Shown here: in pieces, positions 36,985 through 48,915 of the stretch | Position numbering within the stretch: the first letter of the stretch is position 1 | Layout of the letters: every line of letters starts with the position of its first letter | Assembly: GCA_000993205.1 (NCBI GenBank) | Contig: LBVU01000002.1 | Location: forward strand, 28,250-92,249 | DNA length: 64,000 bases | Source of the DNA: Candidatus Woesebacteria bacterium GW2011_GWB1_39_10 | GTDB taxonomy: Bacteria; Patescibacteriota; Microgenomatia; UBA8517 | Reading direction: 5' to 3' | The notes under the pieces: generated by a model | Database searches by the model: none | What the model saw: the letters and a program-made list of their open reading frames with translations, nothing else | Told to the model about the DNA's origin: nothing | Translations under genes and position numbers: made by a program

Positions 36985-37578
36985 TTATTTCTTAAGAAAA
37001 CGTTCCTGTTCGCACTGCTCTAAACTTTTGTTCGTTGTACAACCAAAACCCCGACCCATATTGCAAATTTTGACTCCGCACATAATGTTTCTTGATAAAA
37101 TTTTGGGGTCGTATTCCGGTTCTGTCTCCACCTCAAAAGAAGCAAAAACCTGATAAGTGCTACCATCAGAAAAATAGGTATATGTTACCCCTTTATCTAA
37201 ATCGGGGTCTCGCGGCATTATTTTTAGATATACTTTTGAGCTTCCCGGAGTCAAATCCACCAAAGAATCTTTTCCCCACCGACAAGGTATAAGATTAACC
37301 GTTAATTTACCATCTTTGCCTATCTGGACATTGTCTCCCTCTTTTTTACATCCAAGAATCATTCCGTCTTGCGATGGCGGAAAGGCACCAAAATCATCCC
37401 GATACGAAGCCAAAACATTAGAAAGCGCTCCCATATCATCTCTACGTACCTGATCCCTGGATCTTTTGATACTCGAAACAAAATTGGGAACTGATATGGC
37501 TATCAAAACCACAAAGATAATAATGACTGATAAAGTTTCTTCTTTAGTAAAAAGTTTCATTATTTCCAACTCATACAC
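36985..37578 (-). CDS. Degenerate pilin-like / pilus-associated protein.
   Basis: It has an N-terminal hydrophobic helix (MKLFTKEETLSVIIIFVVLIAI) but no canonical G-FTLIE. Confidence 0.35.
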   Translation of the reverse strand: MYELEIMKLFTKEETLSVIIIFVVLIAISVPNFVSSIKRSRDQVRRDDMGALSNVLASYRDDFGAFPPSQDGMILGCKKEGDNVQIGKDGKLTVNLIPCRWGKDSLVDLTPGSSKVYLKIMPRDPDLDKGVTYTYFSDGSTYQVFASFEVETEPEYDPKILSRNIMCGVKICNMGRGFGCTTNKSLEQCEQERFLKK

Positions 37579-38222
37579 TCGCTAACCGGTAATCCGCATT
37601 GTCCATAACAACTCGAGTTCTGATAATTGGGATCGCATTCGGGTCCAGGGCGGGCCGGGTCCCAAAGAATAGACACACAAACATCATTTCTACATCCATA
37701 AAAACTTGAGGGAACTCCGCCTCCTCCCGGTGGAGGAGTTTCCCCCGTTGGTAGAGGAGTGCTCTCCGGCGACGGACCTATACCCACCGTAGCTGTTGGA
37801 GCGTTTGCAGAAGAAGAGTAATAATCGAAGGCAAAATTTGGACCCACCCAGCCGACTACCGAAGAATCCAAATGATTTTCAAACTTAGCATAAATTCTAT
37901 ACCAGTTCGGGCAAACACTATCAGTGTATTCATAAAAGTATGAAGCGTTGGTTAGTGGATCGCATGGAATCCTGTCAAGATAGGGTACAAGCCCTGTTCC
38001 GGGGTTACAGGTAACCAGTTGAGAAAGAGGATAGCAATTATGGTCTTTTTCGTACTCCTCAAGAGCAACTTGGATTCTTTGAATATCGGCCTTTCTTTTT
38101 GCGTCCTTACCTTTAAAAATTTGTCCACGAAAATAAGCAAGCGCAACTAGGGCCAAAGCCGCAATAATAAAAACAACAATGACAAGTTCTATCAAAGTCA
38201 TACCCCGCAAATTTCTTTTCAT
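37560..38222 (-). CDS. Type IV pilin-like protein with a Cys-rich C-terminus.
   Basis: It has MKRNLRG|MTLIELVIVVFIIAALAL. The C-terminus is PPGGGG followed by six Cys. Confidence 0.7.
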   Translation of the reverse strand: MKRNLRGMTLIELVIVVFIIAALALVALAYFRGQIFKGKDAKRKADIQRIQVALEEYEKDHNCYPLSQLVTCNPGTGLVPYLDRIPCDPLTNASYFYEYTDSVCPNWYRIYAKFENHLDSSVVGWVGPNFAFDYYSSSANAPTATVGIGPSPESTPLPTGETPPPGGGGVPSSFYGCRNDVCVSILWDPARPGPECDPNYQNSSCYGQCGLPVSECMSWK

Positions 38223-38223
38223 T

Positions 38224-38973
38224 TTAAAATCCTAAAAAGGATAAAAGTTTACTACCAAGTACAAAAGTTAATAAAAGTCCCGTTATTAAAAACGGTCCGA
38301 ATGCTACCCGATCCTTAAGTGCGGCACGCCCAAGCAAAATCAGTATGATTCCGGCTACTCCTCCTGTCAAGAAAGACAGAAAAAGCCATATCGGGGAAAA
38401 TTTGAGTCCAATAATAATTCCGCCCATAACTGCAAACTTAACATCCCCAAGTCCCATTCCGCGGCCTTTTGTAAATAAGTTAATTAAAAGCAAAAAAGAC
38501 GCGCTGGCAAATCCGGCGAGAAGGTCGGAGTATAGTGAATGAGTAGTAGATAGTAGAGAAAAAAATAATAAATAAAAAACCATTCCGGAAAAAGTTAAGT
38601 AATCTGGAATGATCTGATGCTCCAAATCAATTATAAAAATAAGAATTAAAATAGAAAATACAACAAGATATGTAAAAAGGGGGATATATTCAAAGGAGAA
38701 TTTTTGCCAGATTAGTAAAAAACCTAAGGCAGTTGTAATTTCAATCAGGGGATAACGCCAGGAAATATGTTTTGTACAATTTCTACATCTACCTCTCAAA
38801 AACAAAAAGGACAAAACCGGCACATTGTCATACCAGGCAATTTTGTGTTTACACTTGGGACAATAACTTCTGCCTGATACTATCGATATTCCTTTCGGAA
38901 AACGAAACGAAAAAGCGGTAAAAAAAGAACCAAAAACTAAACCTAATGCAATAAAAAGAATTTCTAAAAACAT
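38224..38973 (-). CDS. pilD: Prepilin peptidase (A24 family).
   Basis: It has an N-terminal CPKC...CRNC zinc motif and the DLEHQIIPD and GMGLGDVKF active-site regions. Confidence 0.85.
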   Translation of the reverse strand: MFLEILFIALGLVFGSFFTAFSFRFPKGISIVSGRSYCPKCKHKIAWYDNVPVLSFLFLRGRCRNCTKHISWRYPLIEITTALGFLLIWQKFSFEYIPLFTYLVVFSILILIFIIDLEHQIIPDYLTFSGMVFYLLFFSLLSTTHSLYSDLLAGFASASFLLLINLFTKGRGMGLGDVKFAVMGGIIIGLKFSPIWLFLSFLTGGVAGIILILLGRAALKDRVAFGPFLITGLLLTFVLGSKLLSFLGF

Positions 38974-38979
38974 CGGGAG

Positions 38980-39594
38980 TTAATCCGGAATACAGACGTA
39001 GCAGAGATCTGTTACCCAATTTGTATCACTTCCCGTTGTGCAGGCGCCATTGACGGCCACCGTTCCGTTCGCTTGAAATGAAAGACTGTGTACTTTGCTA
39101 GGAGTTGAGGTTGCCGCCTTGTCGCGCTCTGACTTGGAAATGGGGATAAAACAGGCATAAACACTGGCGGATGAGGTCCCGGCCTTTCCTATCATGATTT
39201 GCTTGTCAGCTGTAGCGCCGCTGACCCAATCACGGCTCAAAAATTCAGTTTTAAGTTCGTCATTGGTAATCAAAATACCAGATGTGGAACAGTCGCTTCC
39301 GCAGAGCCCAACAGCTTCACTCGAAGCCGAGAGAAACGCAAATTCTACATCCGAAGATGTTGTACAGCCAGCCGCAGCACATCCTTCCCAAGGAAACTTA
39401 CTGTGAGATGCATAATATCTTTCAACCGCTGAAATAAGTTGCCCGCCGTCTGCCTTAAACCTTGCGTCCCTTGCACGATTGCTTTGTTCAATGGGATTAA
39501 TAGCAGCAATGACAATAAGAGCGATAGCGCCAAGAAGCCCTATAACTATGAGGAGCTCAACTAACGTAAAACCTTTGGACAGATACTTTTTCAT
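38980..39594 (-). CDS. Type IV pilin and major-pilin candidate.
   Basis: It has MKKYLSKG|FTLVELLIVIGLLGAIALIV, the first position in the pilin gene run, and C-terminal Cys pairs. Confidence 0.7.
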   Translation of the reverse strand: MKKYLSKGFTLVELLIVIGLLGAIALIVIAAINPIEQSNRARDARFKADGGQLISAVERYYASHSKFPWEGCAAAGCTTSSDVEFAFLSASSEAVGLCGSDCSTSGILITNDELKTEFLSRDWVSGATADKQIMIGKAGTSSASVYACFIPISKSERDKAATSTPSKVHSLSFQANGTVAVNGACTTGSDTNWVTDLCYVCIPD

Positions 39595-39641
39595 CTACAA
39601 ATAAGTATTCTATGTTTGAATATGCTTGTCAAGTGGCTTCT

Positions 39642-40052
39642 TTAAAACAACTTCAATTTTAACCCTGCCAACCTAATTTTTCTGATTATTTCGTGTTTAA
39701 ACCACTTTTCCTGAAACTCAACCTGTTTTTCAATCTCGCTATCTGACAGGGTGCGACCCTGTCCAACGACAACCAATTTATCATCGTCGTCATCAGTACG
39801 CTGAATAACGGCACCACAGACTCCTTTGAATTTTTCTAAGGGCTTATTCTCGCCAAGTATAAACGCATCTAACTCATCACCGTCACCTGAGGCTGTATTT
39901 GGAATATATCCGTAATTGACCGGATAGATGTAATTATATTCCGGGTGTTTACTACCCAAGGGCCGATCAACCACAACTTTCATCTCTTTTCCCAAAAAAT
40001 CTTTCGCGTTTGTCAGTTGATCGATTTTACCATTTGTAGTCCAAATGGCCAA
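39642..40052 (-). CDS. Short inorganic-pyrophosphatase-like protein (family I PPase core, 136 aa).
   Basis: It has YPVNYGYIPNT and SGDGDELDAF, the PPase NYGFIP and DGDPLD-like motifs. It is shorter than the canonical ppa at 49566. Confidence 0.45.
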   Translation of the reverse strand: MAIWTTNGKIDQLTNAKDFLGKEMKVVVDRPLGSKHPEYNYIYPVNYGYIPNTASGDGDELDAFILGENKPLEKFKGVCGAVIQRTDDDDDKLVVVGQGRTLSDSEIEKQVEFQEKWFKHEIIRKIRLAGLKLKLF

Positions 40053-40088
40053 GCCCTGCTTATCGTGTCAGATGGTATAATTCTTATT

Positions 40089-40667
40089 ATGTATACCGAA
40101 TTTGAGGCGACATTTACAAACATTGATAAAGACGACATAAGGAATCGTCTTAAAAATGCGGGGGCAAAACTGATCCGTCCTGAATTTATGCAAAAACGTG
40201 TGGTTTTTAATCTGCCACAAGGACACGAAATCCCCGGCGGATGGTTAAGAGTCCGCGATGAAGGGGATAAAATCACAATGAGCTTAAAAATAGTAAACGG
40301 AGACAAAATTGAAGATCAAAAAGAAACACAGTTAACGGTTAACAGTTTTGACGAAGCAGCAACAATTTTGGAAACAATAGGTTGCGACAAAAAAGCGTAC
40401 CAGGAAAGCAAGCGCGAACTTTGGGAATTGGACGGAGCAGAAATCACCATCGATGAGTGGCCATTTCTAGAACCATTTGTGGAAATTGAAGGAAAGTCCG
40501 AAGAAGAAGTTAAAAATGTTTCGGAAAAGCTTAATTTTGATTATAGCAAGGCAAAGTTTTGCGCGGTGGACGTTTTATATAGTGAAAAATATGGAATAAG
40601 CCAAGACAAAATAAACAATCACACCCCCGAAATCTTATTTAACGGTCAAAATCCGTTTATAAATTAG
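40089..40667 (+). CDS. CYTH-domain protein (class IV adenylyl cyclase / triphosphate tunnel metalloenzyme-like).
   Basis: The N-terminus YTEFEATF carries an ExExK-like motif and the size is ~190 aa. The ORF-track start at 39945 is upstream of the likely Met at 40089. Confidence 0.55.
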   Translation: MYTEFEATFTNIDKDDIRNRLKNAGAKLIRPEFMQKRVVFNLPQGHEIPGGWLRVRDEGDKITMSLKIVNGDKIEDQKETQLTVNSFDEAATILETIGCDKKAYQESKRELWELDGAEITIDEWPFLEPFVEIEGKSEEEVKNVSEKLNFDYSKAKFCAVDVLYSEKYGISQDKINNHTPEILFNGQNPFIN

Positions 40668-41869
40668 AAGCTACTAGTCAAATTATAAATTGGTAAGATA
40701 ACAGCAATAACTAGAAATCCCACTCCAAGTCCCAACATTACCATTACCAACGGTTCAATTGCGGCTGTTAACCCTTTTACCTTTTCGTCGCTTTCCAGTT
40801 CAAAAATATGACTGATTTTGGTTAAAACCTCATCCATTTTTCCGGTCTCCTCACCAACCGCAATCATCTGGGAAAGCAAAAAGGGGAAGGCCTCGGGGTG
40901 TCTGGCAAAAGAAAATGCAATCGGAAACCCTTTCTCTACTTGTCTGGAAGCGTCTTTTAAAGCATCTGATATCACGCTGTTTCCCACAACCTCGCTCGTT
41001 ATGTTTAAAGCTTCCAAAATTGGAACTCCCGCCCCAACCATTAAGGATAGTGTTCTTGTAAGCTCGGTCAAAATTATTTGTTTTTGAAGGTATCCAAAAA
41101 CAGGGATTTTAAAAATAAGTTCATCAACTTTTCTTTTTCCAGTTTTTGTGCTTTTATAAAGTTTGAATAAATAGAAACCAAGGCCCGCTATTGCCAAAAC
41201 GATAAACCAATAACTAACAAAGAAATTCGAAATTCCGATTAAAATTCTTGTAGGCAAGGGAAGTGTGGCATTGAACTCAGAATAAAGCGAGGTCAATCGT
41301 GGAATAACGAATATCATCATTATAAAAGCAACTATCACCATGCCGGTTCCAATAATTGCGGGGTAAATTAAGGCGCCTTTAACCTTGCCGTTAAATTCCT
41401 GCTGCTTTTCCAAAGTATCAGCCAACCGAAGAAGTACCGCGTCCATTACCCCTCCAACTTCGCCCGATTTAACCAGAGCCAAATAAGTTCTTGAAAAAAT
41501 TTTTGGATGTTTATTCATTGCGCCGGAAAGAGATTCTCCTGCTTCAACGTCCGCCAAAATTTGCGCAACAACTTTTTGCATAGCGCCATTACTTTGAGAT
41601 CTAAGTATTAGAAGAGCTTCTGTTATAGGAAGCCCTGCACTTATCATTGTTGAAAGCTGACGGGTAAAAGTTGAAACGTCACCTGTGGTAATTCGCTCCT
41701 TAATTCTTTTTATAATGGAAAAGGGCGAATCCATTTTTGCGGAAATTGAAATAACATAAAGCCCTTTGCCGCGAACTAGTTTTGCGGCATGACTCATGTC
41801 TGCCCCTTCAACTTCGCCGGCTACCAGCCTGCCTTGTTTGTCTTTTGCTTTATAATTAAACCTCTTCAT
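40664..41869 (-). CDS. pilC: Type IV pilus platform protein PilC (GspF family).
   Basis: It has two GspF repeats (FTRQLSTMISAGLPITEAL; LTRTLSLMVGAGVPILEAL) and three TM regions. Confidence 0.85.
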   Translation of the reverse strand: MKRFNYKAKDKQGRLVAGEVEGADMSHAAKLVRGKGLYVISISAKMDSPFSIIKRIKERITTGDVSTFTRQLSTMISAGLPITEALLILRSQSNGAMQKVVAQILADVEAGESLSGAMNKHPKIFSRTYLALVKSGEVGGVMDAVLLRLADTLEKQQEFNGKVKGALIYPAIIGTGMVIVAFIMMIFVIPRLTSLYSEFNATLPLPTRILIGISNFFVSYWFIVLAIAGLGFYLFKLYKSTKTGKRKVDELIFKIPVFGYLQKQIILTELTRTLSLMVGAGVPILEALNITSEVVGNSVISDALKDASRQVEKGFPIAFSFARHPEAFPFLLSQMIAVGEETGKMDEVLTKISHIFELESDEKVKGLTAAIEPLVMVMLGLGVGFLVIAVILPIYNLTSSF

Positions 41870-41964
41870 ATATATATAAATAGCTTAATTACAAGCTTAG
41901 TCCACACAGAGTCTTCGAGGTGTCTTCTTGGCTTATAATTAAATCTCTTCATGCAGAAGTTTTT

Positions 41965-43023
41965 CTAGACACTACGCACTAAACGCGACAATTCTTCGGG
42001 CCTAAGGGACCAGCTTTGGGCAACTTCCATAGATACTATTCCACGCCTTACCAAATCCGCCAGAGAGCGTTCAAGCGTGCTCATTCCGGCCTCCTGCGAA
42101 GTTTCCAAAATACTCTCAATCTGATGGGTCTTGCCTTCACGAATAGAAGTCTTTATGGCGGTGGTTCCCAGCATTATTTCGTAAGTTACAACGCGTCCTT
42201 TGGTTGTTGAGGGGATCAGCCTTTGGGAAAATACCGCCTCAATAACATTCGATAGCTGAAGTTTAACCTGTCCCTGCTGTTCCTCCGGAAATACATCTAC
42301 TATTCTGTCAATTGTTTGAGCGGCGCTATTTGTATGAAGTGTTGCAAAAACCAAATGCCCCGTCTCGGCAACAGTTAATGCCGCCGCGATTGTTTCATAA
42401 TCGCGCATTTCCCCAACGAGTACTACATCGGGATCCTCTCTTAATGCCGATCTGAGAGCTGTCTCCCAGGAATGAGTATCACTCTGCATTTCGCGCTGAG
42501 AGATGATCGATTTGATAGGTTTAAAAATAAACTCAATTGGATCCTCAATTGTTACAATATGAGAAGCGCGGGTTTCGTTAATTTCATCTATCATTGCTGC
42601 AAGAGTAGTTGATTTTCCGTGACCTGTTGGCCCGGTGACAAGAACCAGTCCTTGCCTTAAGGTTGTAAATGAATGAAGAATTTTGGGTAACCCCAGAGCG
42701 TCTATCTTTGGAATCGTTAAAGGTATTTGTCTAAAAGAAACAGCCGTCGTGTTTTTCTGGGTGTACGCATTAGCTCTAAATCTGGCTTTATCAGAAAACG
42801 GCAACGAAAAATCAATTTCTTTGTTTACAGTTAATCTCTCTATCTGCTCACTCGTAAGAACTTGTTTAAGAAGTCCGCCAATCGAATCCGGCGTAGAAAT
42901 ATCTGTACCCGGCGCAGCCAAAAGCTCGCCATCTATCCTTAAAGTAGGAGGAACTCCTGAAACCAAATGCAAATCGCTGGCTTTTAGATCAACTACTTGT
43001 TGTAATAATTGTTTAATATCCAT
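41965..43023 (-). CDS. pilT: Twitching-motility ATPase PilT.
   Basis: It has Walker A GPTGHGKST and the VLVGEMRD, AETGHLVFATLHT motifs. It is 352 aa. Confidence 0.85.
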   Translation of the reverse strand: MDIKQLLQQVVDLKASDLHLVSGVPPTLRIDGELLAAPGTDISTPDSIGGLLKQVLTSEQIERLTVNKEIDFSLPFSDKARFRANAYTQKNTTAVSFRQIPLTIPKIDALGLPKILHSFTTLRQGLVLVTGPTGHGKSTTLAAMIDEINETRASHIVTIEDPIEFIFKPIKSIISQREMQSDTHSWETALRSALREDPDVVLVGEMRDYETIAAALTVAETGHLVFATLHTNSAAQTIDRIVDVFPEEQQGQVKLQLSNVIEAVFSQRLIPSTTKGRVVTYEIMLGTTAIKTSIREGKTHQIESILETSQEAGMSTLERSLADLVRRGIVSMEVAQSWSLRPEELSRLVRSV

Positions 43024-43110
43024 AACTTTTAACTAAAAACTAATAATTAATATGTAATAACTTCATTCATCAGTTTTAAATTATTAATTCTAAATTATTA
43101 ATTCGTGGCG

Positions 43111-44901
43111 CTATTCCTGAGCGACACGCAGTATCTCTTCTACTGTAGTGATTCCTTCGGCAACCTTCAAGTACCCATCCTGTTTAAGCGATATCATGCC
43201 ACCCTCCCTGGCTGCGCGATCAATATCTCCGGCAGAAGCTCTTTCCAAAATAAGTTTACCGATTTTTTCAGTTATAGTAATCGTCTCAAAAATTCCCATC
43301 CTTCCCAAATAGCCCGAGTTTCCGCAATCCGGATCCCCTTTACCTCTATAAAGTTTAACCTCACCCTGAGACTGCCAAAGACTGCCTAATTCTTTTTTCA
43401 TTTCACCAACAATTTTAGGGTCTGGGGTATAGCTCTCTTTACAATCGTCATGAATTTTTCTAACAACTCTTTGGGCAACAAGGCAAGTAATGGAGGAGGC
43501 CAATAAATACGGTTCCGCACCCATGTCCAGTAGTCTTGGCAAAGCGCCCGAAGCGTCGTTTGTGTGAAGTGTAGAAAATACCAAATGCCCCGTCAAAGAT
43601 GCCTGAATAGCAAGATCTGCGGTTTCACTGTCGCGGATTTCTCCCACAAGAATGATATTGGGATCTTGTCTAAGGAAAGATTTTAAACCATCTGCGAATG
43701 TTAGTCCCACGGCAGAATTAATTTGCACTTGATTTACCCCCGGTATTTTATATTCGATTGGATCTTCCAATGTCACAATATTTACTTTTGGGGTATTAAG
43801 TCGCGATAGCACAGAATATAAGGTCGTGGTCTTTCCGGAACCTGTCGGACCGCAGATTAGTATTATTCCGTGCGGACGCAGAATTGCGTCCTGAAGATCT
43901 TTAAGGCTTTTTCCCCGAAGTCCCAATTCCTGAAGAGTTGGAACTCCTCCGGACTTTTTTAATAACCTCATAACTATTTTCTCCCCCCAGGTTGTGGGCA
44001 AACTGGAAATACGAAGATCTACTTCTTCCTCACTGCCTTTAAAATTAAACCTGCCGTCCTGAGGAATTCTTTTTTCATCAATCTTCATTCCGCCTAAAAT
44101 CTTTATCCTACTTATTAATGAGTCGTGCAGTTCCTGAGGAATAGTAAGCTTCTCCTGCAAAATTCCGTCAATTCTATAACGCACGCGGGTTGACTTCTCT
44201 TCAGGCTCAATGTGAACATCGCTAGCTCTTGATTTAATGGCAAAATCGAGTATTTGGGAAACAATCTCGGCTATTTTTTCTTCCCTTATAAAACCGCCCC
44301 GTGATGATTCAATTGCTTTTACACCTTCTTTTTCTTCCGGAGTAACCTCCTTCATTGCAGCCGTAACCTGTTTCGTGAGAGAGGTTGTGTAGCGGGTTTG
44401 AATAAAATCATCCACCTTCATGGGCTCCGCCGCATATGTTTTAACGTGTAACCCCGTCTTTTGTTCAATAAATTCTATGGCCGCCAAGTCCAGCGGGTCA
44501 GCCATGGCCAAACCCAAAATTTTATCTTTCTTATCGTAATTAACAGGGAAAACCCTAAATCTTTCCGCAACCTCCGAGGGAAGAACCGCTAAAGCGTTGG
44601 GGTCGATTGGGGCGATGTTTAAATCAACGTACGGAATATTATAAAGTTGAGCCTTGGCCTGAACAAGCTTATCTTCAGGAACCATCGAAGCTTCTTTGAT
44701 AATATCTTCCTGGGTTTTTCCGCTTTGAATTTCGGTAAACTTTACCTGTTCGGCCCGCCGGGCGTCAAGTGCCCCAAGTGTCACTAAAATATCGGCAAGA
44801 GTTCCGGTGGAGTTTAAACTATTGGTACCGTTTACAGGTTGAGCAGTGGGCATATTTATAGCTAAAAACTTAGAGCTAAAATCTAAGAGCTCTAAATACA
44901 T
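43111..44901 (-). CDS. pilB: Type IV pilus assembly ATPase PilB (GspE family).
   Basis: It has an N-terminal GspII-like domain, Walker A GPTGSGKTTT, ILVGEIRD and a CxxC tetracysteine. It is 596 aa. Confidence 0.85.
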   Translation of the reverse strand: MYLELLDFSSKFLAINMPTAQPVNGTNSLNSTGTLADILVTLGALDARRAEQVKFTEIQSGKTQEDIIKEASMVPEDKLVQAKAQLYNIPYVDLNIAPIDPNALAVLPSEVAERFRVFPVNYDKKDKILGLAMADPLDLAAIEFIEQKTGLHVKTYAAEPMKVDDFIQTRYTTSLTKQVTAAMKEVTPEEKEGVKAIESSRGGFIREEKIAEIVSQILDFAIKSRASDVHIEPEEKSTRVRYRIDGILQEKLTIPQELHDSLISRIKILGGMKIDEKRIPQDGRFNFKGSEEEVDLRISSLPTTWGEKIVMRLLKKSGGVPTLQELGLRGKSLKDLQDAILRPHGIILICGPTGSGKTTTLYSVLSRLNTPKVNIVTLEDPIEYKIPGVNQVQINSAVGLTFADGLKSFLRQDPNIILVGEIRDSETADLAIQASLTGHLVFSTLHTNDASGALPRLLDMGAEPYLLASSITCLVAQRVVRKIHDDCKESYTPDPKIVGEMKKELGSLWQSQGEVKLYRGKGDPDCGNSGYLGRMGIFETITITEKIGKLILERASAGDIDRAAREGGMISLKQDGYLKVAEGITTVEEILRVAQE

Positions 44902-44973
44902 TATTACCTAAAGCGCCGTTAGTATCAAGATCCCACTTGATTAGTTGTTAGTTATTAGATATTAGTTAGTAAT

Positions 44974-45606
44974 ATGCATGCATACCTTCTGATAAATCAA
45001 GACTTAAATGTCAAAAGTCAAATCGAGGATTTGGCGAAAAAATTGAATGCAAAGATGTTGAGCTTTCCGATTGTTAAAGTAGAGGACACCAGAAATTTGA
45101 ATGATCTGATCAGATTAAGTTTTAATGAACCAACTTTGATAATTTGCGAACGGATCAACGAAGCGGGAGATGAAGCTTTAAATGCATTTCTTAAAAATTT
45201 GGAAGAACCGCAAGAGAATATTTATTTTGCCCTGACTGCGCCGTCTGTAAGAAAGGTTTTGCCAACCATCGTCTCACGATGTGAGATTGTAAAAATTCGA
45301 AGCACGAATATCGAAATCCGAAACAATGATGAAATTGAAAAATTCCTAAATGGGAACGTTGGGGAAAAACTTAATTACATCGATAAAATCAAGGATAGAA
45401 ATAAAGCCATAGAATTAGTCGAGAATTCGGTCATTTTCCTTCATGGAACACTACATGAAAATGCTGTAAAATGTAAAGTTCAGGCAAATAACATTGAGGT
45501 TGCCATAAAAACTCTTACTGGACTAAAAGCAAACGGCAATGTAAATTTACAACTGACTAACATGCTAATTAATATCTCGAATCTAAAAACTAATAGCCAT
45601 AACTAA
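44974..45606 (+). CDS. DNA polymerase III delta'-like subunit (short).
   Basis: It has FLKNLEEP and TIVSRCE motifs, like the clamp-loader delta' region. Confidence 0.45.
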   Translation: MHAYLLINQDLNVKSQIEDLAKKLNAKMLSFPIVKVEDTRNLNDLIRLSFNEPTLIICERINEAGDEALNAFLKNLEEPQENIYFALTAPSVRKVLPTIVSRCEIVKIRSTNIEIRNNDEIEKFLNGNVGEKLNYIDKIKDRNKAIELVENSVIFLHGTLHENAVKCKVQANNIEVAIKTLTGLKANGNVNLQLTNMLINISNLKTNSHN

Positions 45607-45670
45607 AAACTAATTAACTTTTCAGAAGATTTTTAGTTCAAAAATATAGATTTTAGATATTAATTTTTAG

Positions 45671-47602
<1,932 letters not shown>

Positions 47603-47736
47603 TCGCTAACGGAGTCCGTCGGCCAATTTTGGCATGAGGCGTGAACGGATAGTTCTGAAAAGCCGTATGCGAAAATCAGACGGGCCAAGTTGGCAACATT
47701 GGATGTCTAAATTTTAATTTTTGGTATACTTCAATT

Positions 47737-48411
47737 ATGAAAACTGCGGTTGTAATTGGTGCAAATGGAGGAATTGGCAAGGAACTATCCAACACACTTA
47801 AAAATGATGGGTATAATATTATTTCTGTGGCACGATCTTCTGATATCTCGTGCGATTTAACTGATTACAATCAGATTGAACAGGCAATTGGTGAAATAAA
47901 AAAACTAACAAATAAAGTCGATCTTCTGGTTAATGCAGCGGGTGTCGCAACTTATAAAAATTTAAGCGATGTCACCAATGAAAACATCCAAGAAGCTTTT
48001 ATGGTTAATGTAATAGCGCCTTCAATTTTTATCAGAGAACTTAGCACTCTCATGACCCACAAAGATGCGTTGATTTTAACTATTGGTTCAGGTATGGGAA
48101 CAATTCCATCAAAAGGGCGAAGTATTTATTGTTCCACCAAATTTGCTATTCGAGGACTATCTCTAAGTCTTAGTGAAGAATATCAAGATAAATATCCCAA
48201 GTTTTGTTTGATTACATTAGGAAGCACTTTAACCAGTTTCGGCCCAATGACAGTTGAGGAAAAGAAAAAAGAGTTTAAAAAGGGGAAAGCATACTTCCCT
48301 GTTGAATGGGTTGTTAACAAATTAATGGAAATCATAAAAGGCAAAAGCAGGAGTGACGAGATAACTCTTTTCCCTGGTGAATTTGGCTTCGGCACTTGGG
48401 TAAAACCATAG
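47737..48411 (+). CDS. Short-chain dehydrogenase/reductase.
   Basis: It has VIGANGGIGKEL and a YCSTK catalytic motif. Confidence 0.65.
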   Translation: MKTAVVIGANGGIGKELSNTLKNDGYNIISVARSSDISCDLTDYNQIEQAIGEIKKLTNKVDLLVNAAGVATYKNLSDVTNENIQEAFMVNVIAPSIFIRELSTLMTHKDALILTIGSGMGTIPSKGRSIYCSTKFAIRGLSLSLSEEYQDKYPKFCLITLGSTLTSFGPMTVEEKKKEFKKGKAYFPVEWVVNKLMEIIKGKSRSDEITLFPGEFGFGTWVKP

Positions 48412-48445
48412 AATTTAAGATTACGAACAATTTGTCTTTCACTAT

Positions 48446-48468
48446 CATAATATATATTATGTAAGTAT
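48446..48468. promoter_or_regulatory. Palindromic element CATAATATATATTATGTAAGTAT immediately upstream of, and overlapping, the start of the TrpR-like gene.
   Basis: A 16-nt perfect palindrome plus TAAGTAT. An identical copy lies at 48920-48942 just after the gene's stop. Confidence 0.4.
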
Positions 48469-48910
48469 GACACTCATTTCCAAACATCCATTAAGAGGTG
48501 ATACGCTACAACGAACTTTTGAACTTTTTACACAAACAATTCTAAACATCAAAGACAAAGAAACTACTAAAAACTTCATCGACGGATTCTTCACCCCCAC
48601 AGAAAAAATCATATTTGCTAAACGAATTGCCATTTACGTAATGCTTGCTAAAGGCAATAATTATATAGATATTATAAGTCTACTTAAAGTTAGTCCGCCC
48701 ACAATCGCGCGTGCAAGTAGCCACCTAAAATATTCACACGAATTAGATAGCGTCATTAAAAAAATTCTAATTAAAGACTCTGCAAAAGAGGCTATTGAAG
48801 AACTCGCGAGTGTCTTTGATATTCCAGGAAAAGGTAGGAGTTTGTCATCAGTAGGAAAAAGCAGATTTGAGAGATCGAAAAGAATTGCCAAACTTAAAAG
48901 CGAATTCTAG
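48467..48910 (+). CDS. Trp-repressor-like (YerC/YecD family) HTH protein.
   Basis: It has LTPTEKIIFAKRIAIYVMLAKGNNYIDIISLLKVSPPTIARASSHLK, like the TrpR/YerC fold. Confidence 0.45.
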   Translation: MTLISKHPLRGDTLQRTFELFTQTILNIKDKETTKNFIDGFFTPTEKIIFAKRIAIYVMLAKGNNYIDIISLLKVSPPTIARASSHLKYSHELDSVIKKILIKDSAKEAIEELASVFDIPGKGRSLSSVGKSRFERSKRIAKLKSEF

Positions 48911-48915
48911 TTCTA

